From NCBI GenBank assembly GCA_000002435.2, contig CM018789.1: a stretch of DNA of 64,000 nucleotides; one strand, given 5' to 3'. Under the pieces are notes generated by a model that was given only the letters and a program-made list of their open reading frames with translations, had not been told where the DNA came from and ran no database searches. Positions within the stretch are counted from its first letter, which is position 1, and every line of letters begins with the position of its first letter. The translations under genes were made by a program, and so were the position numbers. Below, in pieces: positions 52,108 through 62,733 of the stretch. Origin of the DNA: Giardia intestinalis (Eukaryota).

Positions 52108-54468
52108 CTAAACAACCCTGTTAAACGATTGGAGGATCTCTCTAGCAGAATATCCTGTGAGAGCATAGCAGCACCATTCATTATCTCCTAGTAGAGTGGG
52201 GGAGAGCGCCTGAAGAGCTTGGCAAAGTTCTGGTGGCTGTTGACCAATTCGGTCCATAAGAATGCTCACCAGTAATTCAACATAGCTCTTAGCAAGTGTG
52301 TAGCAGGACTCTGTGTCGACTTCCTTCAAAAAGCTCTCAAGGCTGTTCTTGTCTGGAAACAAATCCCATCTTCTGATTATGTCTAATATTTCCTTATAGT
52401 TTTGATCGCTTTGTGCCAAGAGCACCAATATATGGGGAGCAAGAACCAATGCATCATTGCTTATTCCAAACATGTGGTCACTCAGAAGTTCCGCAAGCTT
52501 CTTTGAATGCACCTCCTGACCAGAGACTCTATAAAAGATATCGCGGCTTAGATACTGCGAACTGAGCAAATTGTAATAGCAGGATAGCATCTTAGCGACC
52601 AGTAATTTCCCAATATCAACACATATAAGAGCTAGCTCCTTGCTTTGGAGGAATCCCAAGAGCATGTTGGTCCCTTCGCTACTGAACATGGTGGTGGCGC
52701 CACACAGTATGGGCCTTGTATCCCTATTGAGAGCTGGAAGTGTGCCTGGATTGTACGCAGCAGGAAGACTATCTATAAGTCTTTGAATGCCTATACTTGC
52801 CAAAGCACGACGAGACCTCTTGCTATACTCACCAAATTCTTTGTCAAAGAAAGCCATGTAATTCAGCGGTTCAGCATTCTGTGCCTGGATATCCTGAACC
52901 TGTTGAATAATTACCACATCGTCTGTTATAGCAGTATCAGATATGTCTGTAGTCTGATTTTCTTTACTTTCCCTATCACAGTCTACTTGTTTCCCCTCTC
53001 CTTCTTGATCATGGGAATCAATGTGATGAGAGAGCTGAAGTGGAGGACTGCATGGAGCCGATGTTTGGGTGTTTGGTGGCTCTCTCTCACGTGGGGTTCT
53101 CTGCACGTTTTCAAATCGAAGAATTGAGACCATTGAAGGATCATGCCTTTGCTTGTACAGGGGGCTGCTTGTGCCTTTGAACGACGAGTCCAGAGTATTA
53201 ATCAGCCGATTGCTTTTCTGAACTGAGTTATCAGTAGGTGCCAATCGGGGCCGAAGCTTTGTTTTAGGTTGAGATAATAACTGTTCCGCTGTTTTCACAT
53301 GATGCTCCTTCATGTGCTGTGTTAGCATATCAATAACTGCTGTGTATATCACTTCTTCCTCGAGGAGTAGTACCCTCTCTTTGGAAGGGTGAACATTGGG
53401 GTCACAGCCACCAGGATCAACTGCAATCCATAGTATCCCTGCCTGAATGGTGCTAAAAGCAGATAGATATATATCAACTACACTCTGAACGGCATTCTTT
53501 AGACGTGGGTACTGTACCCTTCGACCATTAATAAATATCAGAAGATTAATAAGGCGTTTGTCTTGTCGTGAATGATCTACTGGATCAACGAAGTAGAAAG
53601 ATAGCTCTCTGCATGTATCACAAGGATAGTGCTTGACGAGAGACTGAACCTGCAGCGGCTCGGTCCCACAACCTTTAGTTTGACTTAATAATGCAGTCAA
53701 TACTTGGAGGAACCGCTGGTACCTTGTCGTCGTAGAGCTGAAGTGGAGGGTTGCAGTTCCAAACTCAATAGTGTATGAAATAAGCGATAGCATGCCGGAT
53801 ATGTGTTGTGTGTCGTTGAGCCAAGATTGAATCTCTCTTTGAATGGCCTGGGGATTATCTATAAACGAAATAGAATATTCTCTCGTAGGGTTAGCAGCAG
53901 AAATAGATATTAAGAGCTCTTGCAAATCTAAACTAGTTTTCGAACTGCGGATTTGATTACGCCTAATTGGTTCTGCATAGAAGAGATCGGTAACACAAAT
54001 TATGGTGAAAGAATCCGCCTTTAAGGTGCTGATGAAGAAGTCAGTGTGCTCAGATGTAAGTGTCTTTGGGTCGAAGTGAAGCTTTCCGTCTATGTACACG
54101 GCCACGTATGCAGGTTGATTCTTTGTTTTGGAAACAACTATCATACGGCTTACATAACTAATAGATGAAAGAGCCTCTCCTCTGAAACCAAAGGACTGGA
54201 TACTGTAAATGTCACTAAAGGTTTCAATCTTGCTCGTTGCAAACCGGTGGCAGAGGAGGGAGTAGTCTGTCCGTTCTATGCCGTGGCCTGTGTCGCAAAC
54301 CATTAGCAGATCATAGCAATTGCTGCTAACGAACAACCTGATTGTTGGTGCATCTGCATCAGTCGCGTTTTCTACCAGCTCCTTGGCAACGTTAAATGGT
54401 CGCTGGATCACCTCTCCTGCAGCCATTTTGGCTACTGTTTCGGGGTCCAAAATGCGGATCGGGGGCAT
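52108..54468 (-). CDS. MLH1: DNA mismatch repair protein MutL homolog, MLH1-type
   Basis: N-terminal GHKL ATPase: [35 protein letters not shown]...DTGHGI...CHRFATSKI...[14 protein letters not shown] aligns with MLH1 ([35 protein letters not shown]...CERFTTSKL...GFRGEALASISHVA). Confidence 0.8.
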   Translation of the reverse strand: [786 protein letters not shown]

Positions 54469-54534
54469 TTTCGAGGATCTTGAGGGTCAAGAAGGCCTAA
54501 AAAGGCTCAAAAGTAGCAATAATTAAAAAAGATC
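54469..54534. promoter_or_regulatory. 66-bp bidirectional promoter region between MLH1 (minus) and the 793-aa gene (plus)
   Basis: tttcgaggatcttgagggtcaagaaggcctaaaaaggctcaaaagtagcaataattaaaaaagatc. AT-rich initiator-like tracts abut both ATGs (CTCGAAAATG on the minus strand; ATAATTAAAAAAGATCATG on the plus strand). Confidence 0.5.
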
Positions 54535-56916
54535 ATGACAGATGTCTATCACCACGACCAGGAGGAATCGGAGTCTCTTATTTCGAAGTATCTCGGATCG
54601 GACAGCGAGGAGTCGTCTGAGGATACCAGTCGCGCCACTCCCGAAGAGCAAGCCCATCAAGTCATCAATAAAAGTGTAGAGGCCATCGCAGAATCCATCG
54701 AAACGGGAAGATGGGATATCATATATTCCTCCTTTTCAACCCTCAGCGACTCCTTTGGAAAGTACCATCGCATGCTGCGCGGCGAGATGCCCAGAAATTG
54801 GCTTCTAGCCATGCATCGTGTTTTGGAAACCTTTGCTGAATGCTCATCAAGCGGAGCATCCACCATAGCGAGATCTAACCGGAAGTATTTCAACGCGCTT
54901 AAGACGTTTCTTGAAGACGAGAAGAACCGGCCTGTGGTCTCTTATGTGCGTGCTGAGTATGATGCATATCTAAAGAAGCAGCTAGAAGATGCCTCAGAGG
55001 CTCAGGCAGTAGGGGCGATGGTCCCCATGGTGGAGATAAAAAGGGATGACGGACTGAACGTAGCAAGGATACTGAGCTTCTTCCGAATATCTTTTGAGTC
55101 TGAGGATGAGCATCTGGCCATTGTTCAAGATGAAGTGGCTGCACCAAATGCACAGGAAGCCACTACTTTGACCATTTCAGGCCATGAGATTTTCAAAGTG
55201 GCGACTCTGCACATAAACAAGCATAATTTCTCCCAGTTGCATGCACACCTTCTTCGTTCTGATTCTCCCCGGCATATCTTACATGCATACGTCCTATTTC
55301 TCGAGAGATTGGCTGCAAGCGGGTGTGTGGACTACCCCTCCGATGTGCAGGCATGCCTAAGGTGCATCCTTGCGCTTTTGCAGCAGAATGACAACAAGAG
55401 CTTGCTGGGACAGACGTATGATAGCACTGCTCAGGAGCCGAGCTTGTCCACACCATTTATTACTAGACTCCTGACGGGACTGTCCAGCCTGAGTAATCTA
55501 TATGAGCTGAAGGACGTAATATACTACATTTACTTGTCTGTTTTCATATCTTATTATTCCACCAATGGGAAACTAGAGTCCGCCATATTTCGCACTGTGG
55601 CCAACTACGCTAAGAATCTGTTGCGCGATGGATGCTCTGCCACTGTGCGCTATGGGGATGTTCTCAGTACCTGTTCCAATGCTTCTAAGTCCGCATCTGT
55701 TGACCCTCTGACCCTGGTGCCCACATGCAGCGACGATGTTGCGCCTGTCCCCCAAAGTAGTGAGCTGTTGAGGGCAGAGTTTACCAGAACCTTCCCAGAG
55801 GCTTCTAAGATCTTCACTACTTATCTGGCTGGGCACGTGTTCTTTAGGTCCAAGTATCTATATTTGCTTTACGTAGCAGGAACCCAACGTCCAGGCTCTC
55901 TTGCTGGCAATGCAGCTATTCCCTTGCCGGAGATCACCGAGGAGGTTACCCGTAAAGCCCCACGAGAGGGAGTTTCGTTTCCGTTCACTAAAGAGGCTAT
56001 TAGTGAAGATCGAGGCATTTCAGAGAGCGGAGACAAGTACGACGAGGTTATGGAGAGGAGGCATTGGCAGCTATCGTATGTTAGGCTGGCCATCGCTTGC
56101 TCCCTCGATAACGAGCTGTCACCGTACACATATGACCTCTTCATGTCTGAGCAAGAGCGTACCGTGGAGGACGCGAGGAAAGTGCGCGATTCTCGTCACA
56201 CCGACGAAGTCAGTCTCCTGGCACTCAATCATACTGACATAGACTACATCTTTCTGCGCTTGCACTACTGCATTGGAATCAAGGCATTCGCCAATGGCCG
56301 GATGCATCAGGCCTCAACGCATCTCCTTTTGATCAGCAGTCTTTTCAAGGGCGAGCGCCAGACGATATCCCCTTTTCTACCCTCTGTGCACGCCTTCGAA
56401 GCGGAGAGCATCGTATCGTGGCTAGACAGCGACCTGATAGAGGCCGCCTGCCTTCTATCTACGCTCTGTAGTAAGTTCGCTCTACTTCATAACCGGGCAC
56501 ACACAGTGGCTAACCAGCACCTGACCCCTCTTCAGAGGCTAGTTTTACAGAAGATTCTGCAGCTCGTTGACGTCGGTCGCCAAGTTAACGCCACTCCATA
56601 TGAGTACGCTATTGCTCTTGCGTTCAAGTGCTTATCGCACAACAACCATGACGGGGCCATAAGCGCAATCATCACATGCCCCACGTGGCGCTGTTTAAGG
56701 TACTACAATACACATTATGAAAGGTGCTTAGAGGAAGCCATAAAGGTCTTGTCACTAAAGTTTTGGATAATGAACTATCATGCAGTGGTATCTTCAATCT
56801 ATCTAATTGACCTTGCAAAGACCTACGGGCTCTCAGAGGATAAGATCAAGACCTGTCTCAGGGGCGTGTCCAATATTCATATCAAGGAGGACATTGTAGA
56901 GTTCCGCATTCAGTAA
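54535..56916 (+). CDS. Hypothetical protein, 793 aa, acidic Ser/Glu-rich N-terminus, no recognisable domain
   Basis: Single long ORF with ATG at 54535, divergent from MLH1. The composition is ordinary beyond the N-terminal acidic stretch. Confidence 0.5.
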   Translation: MTDVYHHDQEESESLISKYLGSDSEESSEDTSRATPEEQAHQVINKSVEAIAESIETGRWDIIYSSFSTLSDSFGKYHRMLRGEMPRNWLLAMHRVLETFAECSSSGASTIARSNRKYFNALKTFLEDEKNRPVVSYVRAEYDAYLKKQLEDASEAQAVGAMVPMVEIKRDDGLNVARILSFFRISFESEDEHLAIVQDEVAAPNAQEATTLTISGHEIFKVATLHINKHNFSQLHAHLLRSDSPRHILHAYVLFLERLAASGCVDYPSDVQACLRCILALLQQNDNKSLLGQTYDSTAQEPSLSTPFITRLLTGLSSLSNLYELKDVIYYIYLSVFISYYSTNGKLESAIFRTVANYAKNLLRDGCSATVRYGDVLSTCSNASKSASVDPLTLVPTCSDDVAPVPQSSELLRAEFTRTFPEASKIFTTYLAGHVFFRSKYLYLLYVAGTQRPGSLAGNAAIPLPEITEEVTRKAPREGVSFPFTKEAISEDRGISESGDKYDEVMERRHWQLSYVRLAIACSLDNELSPYTYDLFMSEQERTVEDARKVRDSRHTDEVSLLALNHTDIDYIFLRLHYCIGIKAFANGRMHQASTHLLLISSLFKGERQTISPFLPSVHAFEAESIVSWLDSDLIEAACLLSTLCSKFALLHNRAHTVANQHLTPLQRLVLQKILQLVDVGRQVNATPYEYAIALAFKCLSHNNHDGAISAIITCPTWRCLRYYNTHYERCLEEAIKVLSLKFWIMNYHAVVSSIYLIDLAKTYGLSEDKIKTCLRGVSNIHIKEDIVEFRIQ

Positions 56917-57285
56917 ACTACCCGTAGTAGCATGCACGGGCACAATCAAGTGCATGCCCTGCAACGTGCGTCTGGGTTTGAGTGCGCTGCTCATGCGTCT
57001 ATGCAAGGCATATGAAAAACCTCCAGGCTACTCACTTAGCGCTTTAGGAGCACACGTCTAGTACGTTATAGAAATTTAAATAAACGCATTGAACAGGGGG
57101 CAATATCTTTAGACAAGATTATCCTATTATACTATACACTACAATTTGGTTACACAGAGGGCGACGGCATCATACAGAGCTTGTACTACGAGTGTCACAT
57201 CTTACGATTCTGTTAACGGATACTATATACCCTCCCGCCTGTAGCTTTTCCGAAAACCAAGTGTTGCTGAGATTCGTCGTGAGCA

Positions 57286-60200
57286 ATGCTTGGGCTTTTA
57301 TCACTACAAATTGGTTGTCTAGGAGCCGGATGCATAAACCTGTGTGCTTCTGGATCAGATATATGTGCTCCAGATGGAATTTGTCGTATTACATGTAATA
57401 AACAAGACGAGTGCTCTGAAAAACTGGGTCTTCCGTCTCGGTTAGTAGGATGCATAAGTCAAGCATGCTATCAAGCATGCTCTTACCAGGGCACGTGCAT
57501 TTACCCTGCAGGCCAGAAGTGCACCAATGGGCACTGCTCCATGGGATGTACTAATAACCAGGGATGCGGAAAGGATCAGCGCTGCATCACCTCTGGTTCT
57601 GCTGAAGGAGTGTGCGGCTGGAGCTGCAAAGGGTCTTGTGCAGGCCGGACCTCTTGCGGAATAGACGGCATCTGTCGCCAGACATGTGCTAGTGACACCG
57701 ACTGTCCCACTGGCTCCGTCTGTAGAGACGAGTCTTGCTTCAGGACATGCACGGAATCCAAGGAGTGCTTATCAGAGGGGAGGCTTCACTGCTGGAATGG
57801 CGTCTGCAGGCAGAAGTGCGCCCAGGCCACCGACTGCCCCAGTGGCTACATGTGCTCGCTCGCAGGAGACTGCGAAAAGGTCTGCCACTTCAACGCGGAC
57901 TGCAGCGTTATCACTGGAGAGGCGTGTATTAATGGGCACTGCAAAGACGGGTGCAAGGATGATGCTGACTGTTCTTCCTCACAAACCTGCAACATCTCCA
58001 CCTCATCAAGTACGGGCACCTGTGTCTGGAAGTGTAGCACCGATTGCTCTGCAGATCAGGTTTGCGGGGCTGACGGTATCTGCCGCAACCAATGCAGCAA
58101 GTGCCAGGACAAGGAAGAATGCCTCTACGGCTCTTGCTTTAAGAAGTGTAACAGTGATATTGACTGCACAGGAACCCCAAATCTGTCCTGCATAGGCTTC
58201 CACTGCATGGCTGTCTGCGTCAGCAACGTGGATTGCACAGGCGGCCGGCTGTGCTCCTTCGAGGGAACCTGCAACTACCAATGCAAGGGCGTTGCCTGCC
58301 CACACCCTTCCCTGTGTGCACTGGATGGGGTGTGTCGCTTCAAGACCGAGACGTGCCAAGATGGTTACACCAAGGGCCTGGATGACGGATTCTGCTATCT
58401 GACATGTGACTCCAAAAACAGCGACAGTCCCTGCGATCCAATGAGGACAGGCACAAACAATAAGCCCTTGGACCCCAGTGTTTTCGAGAGCAACGCCAAT
58501 TACAATCCTCAGCAGCTGGCTGCCCAAGCCACATCTCCCCTGAACCAGATCTCTATGACCTGTGCCGGCGGTAACCTGTGCAAGGCTGGCTGCATCATCG
58601 ACAGCGACTGCCCGCTGCTGAGCGTGTGCGACCAGGAGACCCACAGATGCGTGCGGCGAGCGGACGCCCCCGTTTTGGCAGAGATAAAGGGCTGTTGGCA
58701 CGAGGACATCAGCCTGCAAGCAAGCTATGGAAACCTATCATTCACTTTAAACGTGCGTCCCAGAAACACCGCCGAGTGCAGGGCAGCGTTTTCCACGATG
58801 GCCATTGTCCGACTCAACCTATCAGACTACGAAGACACCATAGTGCAGACTCTATCCGATTTTAGCTTCTCAAATACAAACATGATAAGGCTCGCGTGTA
58901 ATCCCAGCTCCTTGCAGAGCTGCAAGCTGGCGATGATAACAAGCACGTCCGCCTCTGTTTCCATAGAGTCAGCGACGCATATCATGTCGACTATTATAAG
59001 TGACACAGTTCTCGATAAGTACGACTATAACACTTGCTTTGTACCCATGCAATCTGCGATCAATCTGATTAAGTTGCTCGACGGTAGTCCAACACAACTA
59101 TGTGTATTTATCGCATGGAATAGGTCGTGTCCGTATCTCTATAGTAACAAGCTTATAGCGTCGACCCTTGTCGTCCACTCTGATAATGGTTCGGTCTCTC
59201 AAGATGACAAGTATCACCTTCCTCCAGAGATCATGTTACCTTCAAAGGAAGTATATTGCACGGTAATAGATGAGAGTGATGAGAACATAGCCAACAAGGT
59301 TACGACTTACTTTAATGAAATATGGCTATCTGGTATCCTGTTCTTGGATTTACTGATCGATGAAGTGCAAACAGAGATACAAATTGAGCTATCCGGACTC
59401 ACCACAACTTTTATGAAGGCTTGCATGCAAAGTGTCGGTGTCATTATTTCGCCTGTCAGTATTTTCAGTATAGTGAAGGGACATGAATCTGCCAATGGGG
59501 AATCCTGTGTTATCCCAGAAGCTATTCAACGAATTGTGCTAACAACAGTTGTTAAGGATTATGATATAAACGAATTTATAGTCTCAGAAAGAATCTTATC
59601 TTCTTTCTCTTATGCCTCGACAACATCATTGGTATCTATCTGTGGCACAGGATATCGCAGGACGACACCTTCTAAGGACTGTTATAACTTTTTCAGCAGT
59701 ATCTCCAGTACAAATCTAAGTACCTTAGATGGGTATATGCGCATAGCACTATATGATACCATAGATAGCATGTCCACTAATCCAGTAATTAGATCTATCT
59801 TCTATTACACAACATACAACCTTGGGTGCTATAACGGAACCGTAGTCATAGTGGAACCCACAGTCCTCAGCCTGCGCCTCCAAGAGTCTGGGGCCAAGGA
59901 TTGCAGCATCCCTACCCTGGAGCAGGCCGCCATCTGGCAGGGAGTCGACCTTGTCAACGTGTCAAGTACCCGTCTGAATGAGGCCGGCGCCCTCGTCTAC
60001 ACGATCACTGCCGAGATATACACCAACTCCTCCATGCTCCTTTCAATGGGGAAGCTTGCAAAGCAAGGCACCTTCAGCAGAGATACAGACGTGCTCAGGT
60101 TCTCGTGCGAAACAGACTGGGTACCGGGTTTTGGCACGGAGTACGCTGGAATGAGTTGCCAGAGAGTCCTTGCCGAATTGTGGAACAAAAAGGAGACAGC

Positions 60201-60477
60201 CCTCGTGGGCCTCACCATAGACGGCGTCACTAACACTAGTATACACTCGGGGTTCATCCCCAGCATCACAATCCAATCCCAGGACTACAACACCACGTAC
60301 ATCATCACCTTCTCCGTTGCCGCGGCCTTTGCTGTGGCGCTGAACGCTATGGCAATCGTTTTGTGGGTCCGGCTAAATAAAGATGTCAAGGCCCTAAACC
60401 TTAAGATAAAAAACCGACATTATCAAAGAAATCAACACAACCAGGGGGTTAACAGTATTGTATTAGGTTCTAATTAG
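57286..60477 (+). CDS. Cysteine-repeat type I membrane protein (HCMP/EGF/tenascin-like class), non-VSP
   Basis: Signal peptide MLGLLSLQIGCLGAG, then about a dozen repeats of about 40 aa of the form C-x(3-5)-DC-x(3-6)-C-x(5-9)-C (e.g. CASDTDCPTGSVCRDESCFRTC; CAQATDCPSGYMCSLAGDCEKVC). A ~500-aa Cys-poor ectodomain follows, then a C-terminal TM segment FSVAAAFAVALNAMAIVLWV and a basic tail. It has no GGCY motif and no CRGKA tail, so it is not a VSP. Confidence 0.55.
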   Translation: MLGLLSLQIGCLGAGCINLCASGSDICAPDGICRITCNKQDECSEKLGLPSRLVGCISQACYQACSYQGTCIYPAGQKCTNGHCSMGCTNNQGCGKDQRCITSGSAEGVCGWSCKGSCAGRTSCGIDGICRQTCASDTDCPTGSVCRDESCFRTCTESKECLSEGRLHCWNGVCRQKCAQATDCPSGYMCSLAGDCEKVCHFNADCSVITGEACINGHCKDGCKDDADCSSSQTCNISTSSSTGTCVWKCSTDCSADQVCGADGICRNQCSKCQDKEECLYGSCFKKCNSDIDCTGTPNLSCIGFHCMAVCVSNVDCTGGRLCSFEGTCNYQCKGVACPHPSLCALDGVCRFKTETCQDGYTKGLDDGFCYLTCDSKNSDSPCDPMRTGTNNKPLDPSVFESNANYNPQQLAAQATSPLNQISMTCAGGNLCKAGCIIDSDCPLLSVCDQETHRCVRRADAPVLAEIKGCWHEDISLQASYGNLSFTLNVRPRNTAECRAAFSTMAIVRLNLSDYEDTIVQTLSDFSFSNTNMIRLACNPSSLQSCKLAMITSTSASVSIESATHIMSTIISDTVLDKYDYNTCFVPMQSAINLIKLLDGSPTQLCVFIAWNRSCPYLYSNKLIASTLVVHSDNGSVSQDDKYHLPPEIMLPSKEVYCTVIDESDENIANKVTTYFNEIWLSGILFLDLLIDEVQTEIQIELSGLTTTFMKACMQSVGVIISPVSIFSIVKGHESANGESCVIPEAIQRIVLTTVVKDYDINEFIVSERILSSFSYASTTSLVSICGTGYRRTTPSKDCYNFFSSISSTNLSTLDGYMRIALYDTIDSMSTNPVIRSIFYYTTYNLGCYNGTVVIVEPTVLSLRLQESGAKDCSIPTLEQAAIWQGVDLVNVSSTRLNEAGALVYTITAEIYTNSSMLLSMGKLAKQGTFSRDTDVLRFSCETDWVPGFGTEYAGMSCQRVLAELWNKKETALVGLTIDGVTNTSIHSGFIPSITIQSQDYNTTYIITFSVAAAFAVALNAMAIVLWVRLNKDVKALNLKIKNRHYQRNQHNQGVNSIVLGSN

Positions 60478-60808
60478 TGTATGCTTTTCGGTATAACTGT
60501 AAATGAAGTTTATCTAGCTTTAGATGGCTTTGTATATATCTAGTACTACAACTGGTACATTAATGTAAGCCTAAAGTAAAAAGCATAATATACAATACCA
60601 CCAGCATTCAGAGATAGGCCCTTGTAACAAGAGTGGTATTGGTAGACATATGGACACTACTACAAGCAGTTTCAAAAGATTCATATTGTATTATAATACA
60701 ATTTAAACATGAATAAGAACAGTTATGTCCAAAACCCCAGTGACTACAATCTCGTGAGCAGTCACTGTCGCAAGATTCATGCACATAAATTAGTTGACAG
60801 TGTTCAGT

Positions 60809-62731
60809 ATGTTTGGTTATCCTTTAAAAAGTATTATGGTAGATTCAATTGTGCCTACTCCAAGCGTACTTCTACCAAGATACTGCCTCAAGAAAGTGCT
60901 TGGGGCAGGGTCATATGGTAAAGTTTACTTGGCGATGGACCTAGAAAATGATACGGAGGTTGCAATTAAACTAATTAACTATAGCGAGCTTCCACAGAGC
61001 CTAAAGGTTATACAGGATGAGGAGATAACATTGCTCAAAACCATACGGCACCCACACATTGTCAGGATGATTGACTCCTATCATGACAGGCAGCAAAACC
61101 TGATCTGCACAGTGCTTCCTCTGTTTCCCCGCGGAGACCTTGCTAGATTTATCAGACACAATAGAGAAACACCGATTCCTGAGCCACAAATATGGTGGCT
61201 GCTGGCTCAGATGGGCAGCGCCCTGAGATTTTTGCACAGTGGAGGCAACGGAGCTTGCAGAGGGATCATTCACAGAGACGTTAAGCCAGCTAACATCCTC
61301 ATCGACAACAATCTGTCGGTATATCTAACAGATTTTGGGATCTTTCGCTACATAGACGGTAACACTAAAGCTCTGACGTTCGCGGGTACCAGATGCTATA
61401 TGGCCCCAGAGCAACTGTACAGACAAGCATATGACTGCAAGGTAGACATCTGGGCGCTAGGAGTAACGCTCTATGAAATAATGTGTAGGAAGGCTCTGTT
61501 CAAGCTCTCGGATGACGAATTCATCAAGAAAAGCATCAAGGCGATCAGGCCGCTTCTTGACTCTATCTCCATCTACAGTACAGAACTGAAGGAGGTACTA
61601 AAGAAGCTATTGACGATTAATCCAACGCAGAGGATTTCTACTGAAGAGTTATGTGAGCACCCCATTCTAGCAGGACTTGTGAAGCTAGCGGAGAGTGGAC
61701 AAGTGCCACCACAGGACTTATATGCAGCCCTTCCTGTTATAGAAACAGCTACTCAGCACCACCCTAACTCGAGCTCACTTACCTTACTTAAGATACCTAC
61801 CATTGATGTTGACGATCCCGAGATTGATGCTCTTGACAGGACGCCTATTATGCGGGCGGTCATCTTGGGTGGTCCTGTGACCATTGATCCCAGGTACACT
61901 AGATTTTCAACTTCACACGGGGTCACGGCATTAATGTTCGCAGCCGCCTATGGGAACACGCGTGCTGTGGAGCTGCTTGTGCAACACGAAGCAAAAATGG
62001 TGGACTCTGACGGGTTGTCTGCCATATTCTATGCTGTATATGCGAATGCCTTGGATGCCGTAAAGTTGCTCTTGGATGCAGAGCATGACATGCGTGACAA
62101 CCGTGGATGTACTCCACTGGTAACAGCGGCACGGCAAGGTCGCAAAGAAATCGTTGCCTTTCTTGCACCGCGCATGGCTGGACTGCAGGGGAGAAGTGGC
62201 TGGACTGCACTGATGGCCGCAGCAACTAGCGACTCGGTTGATTGTATAAACGAGCTAGTCACATATGAGAAAGGGCTTATTGATAGCCACGGAGAAACTG
62301 CACTTATGAAGGCGGCAAGGTGCGACAGCGTAAATGCTATTAGTCTCTTACTCCCATATGAAGGCGACATTATCCGAAAAGATGGCAAGACAGCCCTGAT
62401 GTCTGCAGCAGAACTGAGCAAAAACAATGCTTTACACCTTCTTCTTTGGCAAGCAGGGCTAGCCAAGCATGATGGAATGACTGCCTTAATGTTTGCCGCA
62501 AGAAAGGGTAACATAGAGGGAGTCGAGGTTTTACTACCTCTCGAAAAGACTCTGCAAAACTCTCGAGGCAACACGGCTCTGATTGAGGCGATCCTCACCA
62601 AGCAAGTGGTCGCTGCATACTGTCTTGTGCCCCATGAAGGGCATATTGCAGATCATTCCGGGACTACCCCGCTTATGCATGCGCAGATGCAGGGCCTTTT
62701 GGATCTCTGCCAGCTCCTTCAACAGAATTAA
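60809..62731 (+). CDS. NEK-family serine/threonine kinase (catalytically competent motifs) with C-terminal ankyrin repeats
   Basis: LGAGSYGKV, VAIK, IIHRDVKPANILID, LTDFGIF and CYMAPE are all present. Ankyrin repeats run from about 61850 (TPIMRAVILGG...TALMFAAAYGNTRAVELLVQHEA...). The ORF track starts at a TTG at 60794. The first ATG is 60809, and an alternative ATG at 60839 has a typical initiator CTTTAAAAAGTATTATG. Confidence 0.8.
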   Translation: MFGYPLKSIMVDSIVPTPSVLLPRYCLKKVLGAGSYGKVYLAMDLENDTEVAIKLINYSELPQSLKVIQDEEITLLKTIRHPHIVRMIDSYHDRQQNLICTVLPLFPRGDLARFIRHNRETPIPEPQIWWLLAQMGSALRFLHSGGNGACRGIIHRDVKPANILIDNNLSVYLTDFGIFRYIDGNTKALTFAGTRCYMAPEQLYRQAYDCKVDIWALGVTLYEIMCRKALFKLSDDEFIKKSIKAIRPLLDSISIYSTELKEVLKKLLTINPTQRISTEELCEHPILAGLVKLAESGQVPPQDLYAALPVIETATQHHPNSSSLTLLKIPTIDVDDPEIDALDRTPIMRAVILGGPVTIDPRYTRFSTSHGVTALMFAAAYGNTRAVELLVQHEAKMVDSDGLSAIFYAVYANALDAVKLLLDAEHDMRDNRGCTPLVTAARQGRKEIVAFLAPRMAGLQGRSGWTALMAAATSDSVDCINELVTYEKGLIDSHGETALMKAARCDSVNAISLLLPYEGDIIRKDGKTALMSAAELSKNNALHLLLWQAGLAKHDGMTALMFAARKGNIEGVEVLLPLEKTLQNSRGNTALIEAILTKQVVAAYCLVPHEGHIADHSGTTPLMHAQMQGLLDLCQLLQQN

Positions 62732-62733
62732 AA

